From the NCBI GenBank assembly GCA_040752695.1, contig JBFMGO010000110.1, positions 1 through 20,174 of the forward strand: a stretch of DNA of 20,174 nt. Reading direction: 5' to 3'. The notes under the pieces are model-generated. The model made no database searches. It was not told the origin of the DNA and saw only the letters and a program-made list of their open reading frames with translations. Shown one piece after another: positions 17,990 to 20,174 of the stretch; positions within the stretch are counted from its first letter, which is position 1, and each line of letters starts with the position of its first letter. Position numbers and translations under genes: made by a program. Origin of the DNA: a bacterium (lineage in GTDB: Bacteria; SZUA-182; DTGQ01).

Positions 17990-19245
17990 GGGATCTCCAG
18001 AAAAATAGTCGCTTATATATGAGAGATGACATGCTGTTAACAAATAGGCACAAAAGGGCAAAGGCACAGAGTTTTTTATCTTTTTTGTACCTCTGAGCCT
18101 TTTTAAGGAAGTTGACTATCTGATATGAATGATAAATATAATAAAATAAAATACATATATGGACTTTGATTTTAGACTCAAATTTTATCCAAGGTCCATA
18201 TATATATCTATATACAATGTCTTACTACCAAACGACACATAGATAAAGGAGGTCAAAATGCCCGTCATCTGTCAACAACTTATCCCAGCCAATGCAGGCT
18301 TAGCCACTTACAATGTTGCCAAGGAACTTGCACGTCAGACAGTAGCCCAATTTGGTGCTGTTCGTTGGATAGGTGTTGGAATTGCGGGTGCTTCTTGCTG
18401 TGCTGCCCTTGCCATAAATCCTGCACCGGCGGCTTTTTTTCCTGCAGGAAATCCCTTGATGGGTTTTCTTCCTCCCCCCGCAGGGGTGGGAGTCATTTCG
18501 GTACCTAATTTTGGGGTTCCAGCATTACCTTACGCAATTGTTTATGGAAATTCCCAGTTGGCTCCTGGCGGATTGGCGCTAGGTCCTCTCGGAGGACATG
18601 CTGAACGAGCTGCGCTTACAGCTTCAGTTGCAGCGGGGATGCCCCTTCCCCTTTATTTATTACCAGCAGGAGGTCACGCCGTATTGTTTGTAGAGCTTCA
18701 TCCATGTCCTGGTTGTCTGACTTGGTTAAATGGAGGAGGTGGTGGTGTTGGAAACCCTTATAATGGAATTATTAATACAGGAGGTGCTACAACCTTAGAT
18801 GTATGGTGGAAGTGGCCACATCCCGCTGGAGTTGGGCAAATGAACATGTTCCACCAGCAAGGGTTGGCTGCTCAATTAGCGCAAATTAATGGGCCTACGT
18901 GGTAAGGAATGGTGATTAAGGAGGGAACCTGTTGCACATAAAAATGTTGCACATAAAAATAGGGGAAAATTTTCTGTAAAATTTGATATTTTGGGGATCA
19001 GAAATCACTTTAGCAGAGGAGATCCCCGATGTTGTAATACCATTCGCAAGTAGTGGAGTTTCGGAAAAGACTCCACCGTATATTTACTTACAGATTATAT
19101 AACTCAATTTGGACTTGAAAAAAAGAGTGCAAAAAGTAAATTTTATTAAGGTATTTATATTAAATACCTTGAATTTTATCGAATTTTCTAGTTATCGGAC
19201 AGTCTCAATTACTTCCCTTGGGTACACTAATTTCTGGGAGATTCC
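17990..19245. mobile_element. Putative non-autonomous cargo cassette (1256 bp) with terminal inverted repeats and a TTA target duplication
   Basis: Left end GGGATCTCCAGAAAAATAGT (17990-18009); reverse complement of the right end (19226-19245) is GGAATCTCCCAGAAATTAGT, 15/20 identical ungapped. TTA at 17987-17989 and 19246-19248. AT-rich non-coding interior, no transposase ORF. Confidence 0.6.
18258..18905 (+). CDS. Zinc-dependent nucleotide/nucleic-acid deaminase-superfamily protein (orphan, candidate effector)
   Basis: H114-A115-E116 and LFVELH-P149-C150-x-x-C153 are the deaminase Zn/catalytic motifs. Strong SD (AAGGAGGT). A/T-ending codons are common, unlike in the neighbouring genes. Confidence 0.7.
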   Translation: MPVICQQLIPANAGLATYNVAKELARQTVAQFGAVRWIGVGIAGASCCAALAINPAPAAFFPAGNPLMGFLPPPAGVGVISVPNFGVPALPYAIVYGNSQLAPGGLALGPLGGHAERAALTASVAAGMPLPLYLLPAGGHAVLFVELHPCPGCLTWLNGGGGGVGNPYNGIINTGGATTLDVWWKWPHPAGVGQMNMFHQQGLAAQLAQINGPTW

Positions 19246-19350
19246 TTAGTTATCAGCTATCAGTTATCTGTAAAAAAAGAAAAATAATAACAGAAAAAAA
19301 TAGTAACTTTTTAATTGATAACTTCTTTATATGAAAGACTGATTTTAATC

Positions 19351-19902
19351 ATGAGCAAACTTGTTTGCCGTATAGAACTCGATAAAGACAAAGGGATCAT
19401 CCTGACCGTTGAGAACAAGGACGGCAAGATCACCCAGACCGCTGTCATGAATGGTGAATCGATCACCATCACCAGTAAGGGAGAGCAGGACACCAGTACC
19501 ATTATCCAAAAACCGGACAGCATCGCCATGAAATGCAAAACCTTTACTCTGGAAGCCGAGACTATAACCTGCACATCGACCAAAGATACGCTCCATAAGA
19601 GCGATCAAAAATTTACTATCCAGAGCACCGGCGATATGACCCTGAAATCCAGCGCAAAGCTGACCGAAGAGGCGACAAGCGATGTCACGGTATCCGGCAG
19701 TAACGTTGCCGTTTCAGCTACGGGCAATGCCGAACTTTCCGCGAGCAATACAACAATAAGTGCCAAGGCCAAGATGGAAGTGAAAGGTACCAGTCTGGAG
19801 CTGTCAGGTTCCGCCACAGCAAAAATGAAAGGCGGAGCTGCTACTGATGTGGAGGCTGGAGGAATAACGTCAATCAAGGGCGCTTTGATTAAGCTTAACT
19901 GA
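19351..19902 (+). CDS. Stand-alone short spike protein (gp5 C-terminal beta-helix; Francisella-type short VgrG)
   Basis: 183 aa of Ser/Thr/Lys-rich short beta-strand repeats ending in the typical spike-tip sequence ITSIKGALIKLN. Start set at ATG 19351. Confidence 0.75.
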   Translation: MSKLVCRIELDKDKGIILTVENKDGKITQTAVMNGESITITSKGEQDTSTIIQKPDSIAMKCKTFTLEAETITCTSTKDTLHKSDQKFTIQSTGDMTLKSSAKLTEEATSDVTVSGSNVAVSATGNAELSASNTTISAKAKMEVKGTSLELSGSATAKMKGGAATDVEAGGITSIKGALIKLN

Positions 19903-19950
19903 AGCGCTTTGATCGAGTTTAACTGAAGCGCTTTGATCAAGCTTAACTGG
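19879..19950 (+). repeat. 24-nt tandem repeat x3 spanning the spike stop codon
   Basis: ggcgctttgattaagcttaactga / agcgctttgatcgagtttaactga / agcgctttgatcaagcttaactgg. Confidence 0.95.
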
Positions 19951-20018
19951 AAAAAAAGAAATTTGCGATGTTTTTAGTCAAATCGCTCTTATATTAGGAG
20001 CCATCACATCTTTTCTTT

Positions 20019-20087
20019 GTCATTCCCGCGAAGGCTTAGAATGCAGGAGCCCTGGTATACTGGATTCTAAGCCTTCGCGGGAATGAC
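20019..20087. repeat. REP-like palindrome (GTCATTCCCGCG family) with perfect 24-bp arms
   Basis: GTCATTCCCGCGAAGGCTTAGAAT (20019-20042) and ATTCTAAGCCTTCGCGGGAATGAC (20064-20087). Confidence 0.85.
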
Positions 20088-20174
20088 GGGATTTGAAGCC
20101 TTTGGTGTGTTATCTTATAAATATGAGCGAGTCAAATTTAACCGGGAAAAGAGATATTTAGTGAGGCATTATGC

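Noticed and set aside
17972..19350. Idea that the cassette broke a single vgrG into a pseudogene
   Set aside because: The hub stop and needle start both lie outside the cassette, separated from it by non-coding repeat DNA, and both ORFs look intact.
19879..19950. Possible CRISPR array (also considered for 9076-9147 and 15746-15785)
   Set aside because: The units are directly adjacent with no unique spacers, and no cas genes are present.
20161..20174. GAGG followed by ATG at 20171, a possible next gene start
   Set aside because: Only one codon lies within the window, so it cannot be supported.

Overview
Most of this window is a + strand type VI secretion (T6SS) locus. Gene order: ClpB-type AAA+ ATPase, tssM, tssJ, a degenerate acyl-CoA-synthetase-like gene, tssB, tssC, a divergent Hcp/IglC-like tube gene, tssK, tssE, a VgrG gp27-hub/OB-fold gene, and a separate short gp5-type beta-helix spike gene. 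The split spike, the atypical tube protein, the ClpB-type (not ClpV-type) ATPase and the gene order look more like the Francisella pathogenicity island (T6SS-ii) than a canonical T6SS-i. Between the two spike genes is a 1256-bp AT-rich cassette with no transposase. It is bounded by imperfect 20-bp inverted repeats and a TTA duplication, and carries one orphan gene with the zinc-deaminase HAE/PCxxC motifs. On the - strand at the left are an outer-membrane beta-barrel gene and the 5' end of a probable secreted transglutaminase-like/RHS-associated protein. Short tandem duplications, heptamer arrays and a REP-like palindrome occur throughout. tssA/F/G/L and PAAR were not recognised in the window and may lie downstream. 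All calls come from motif recognition by eye; no database searches were run.
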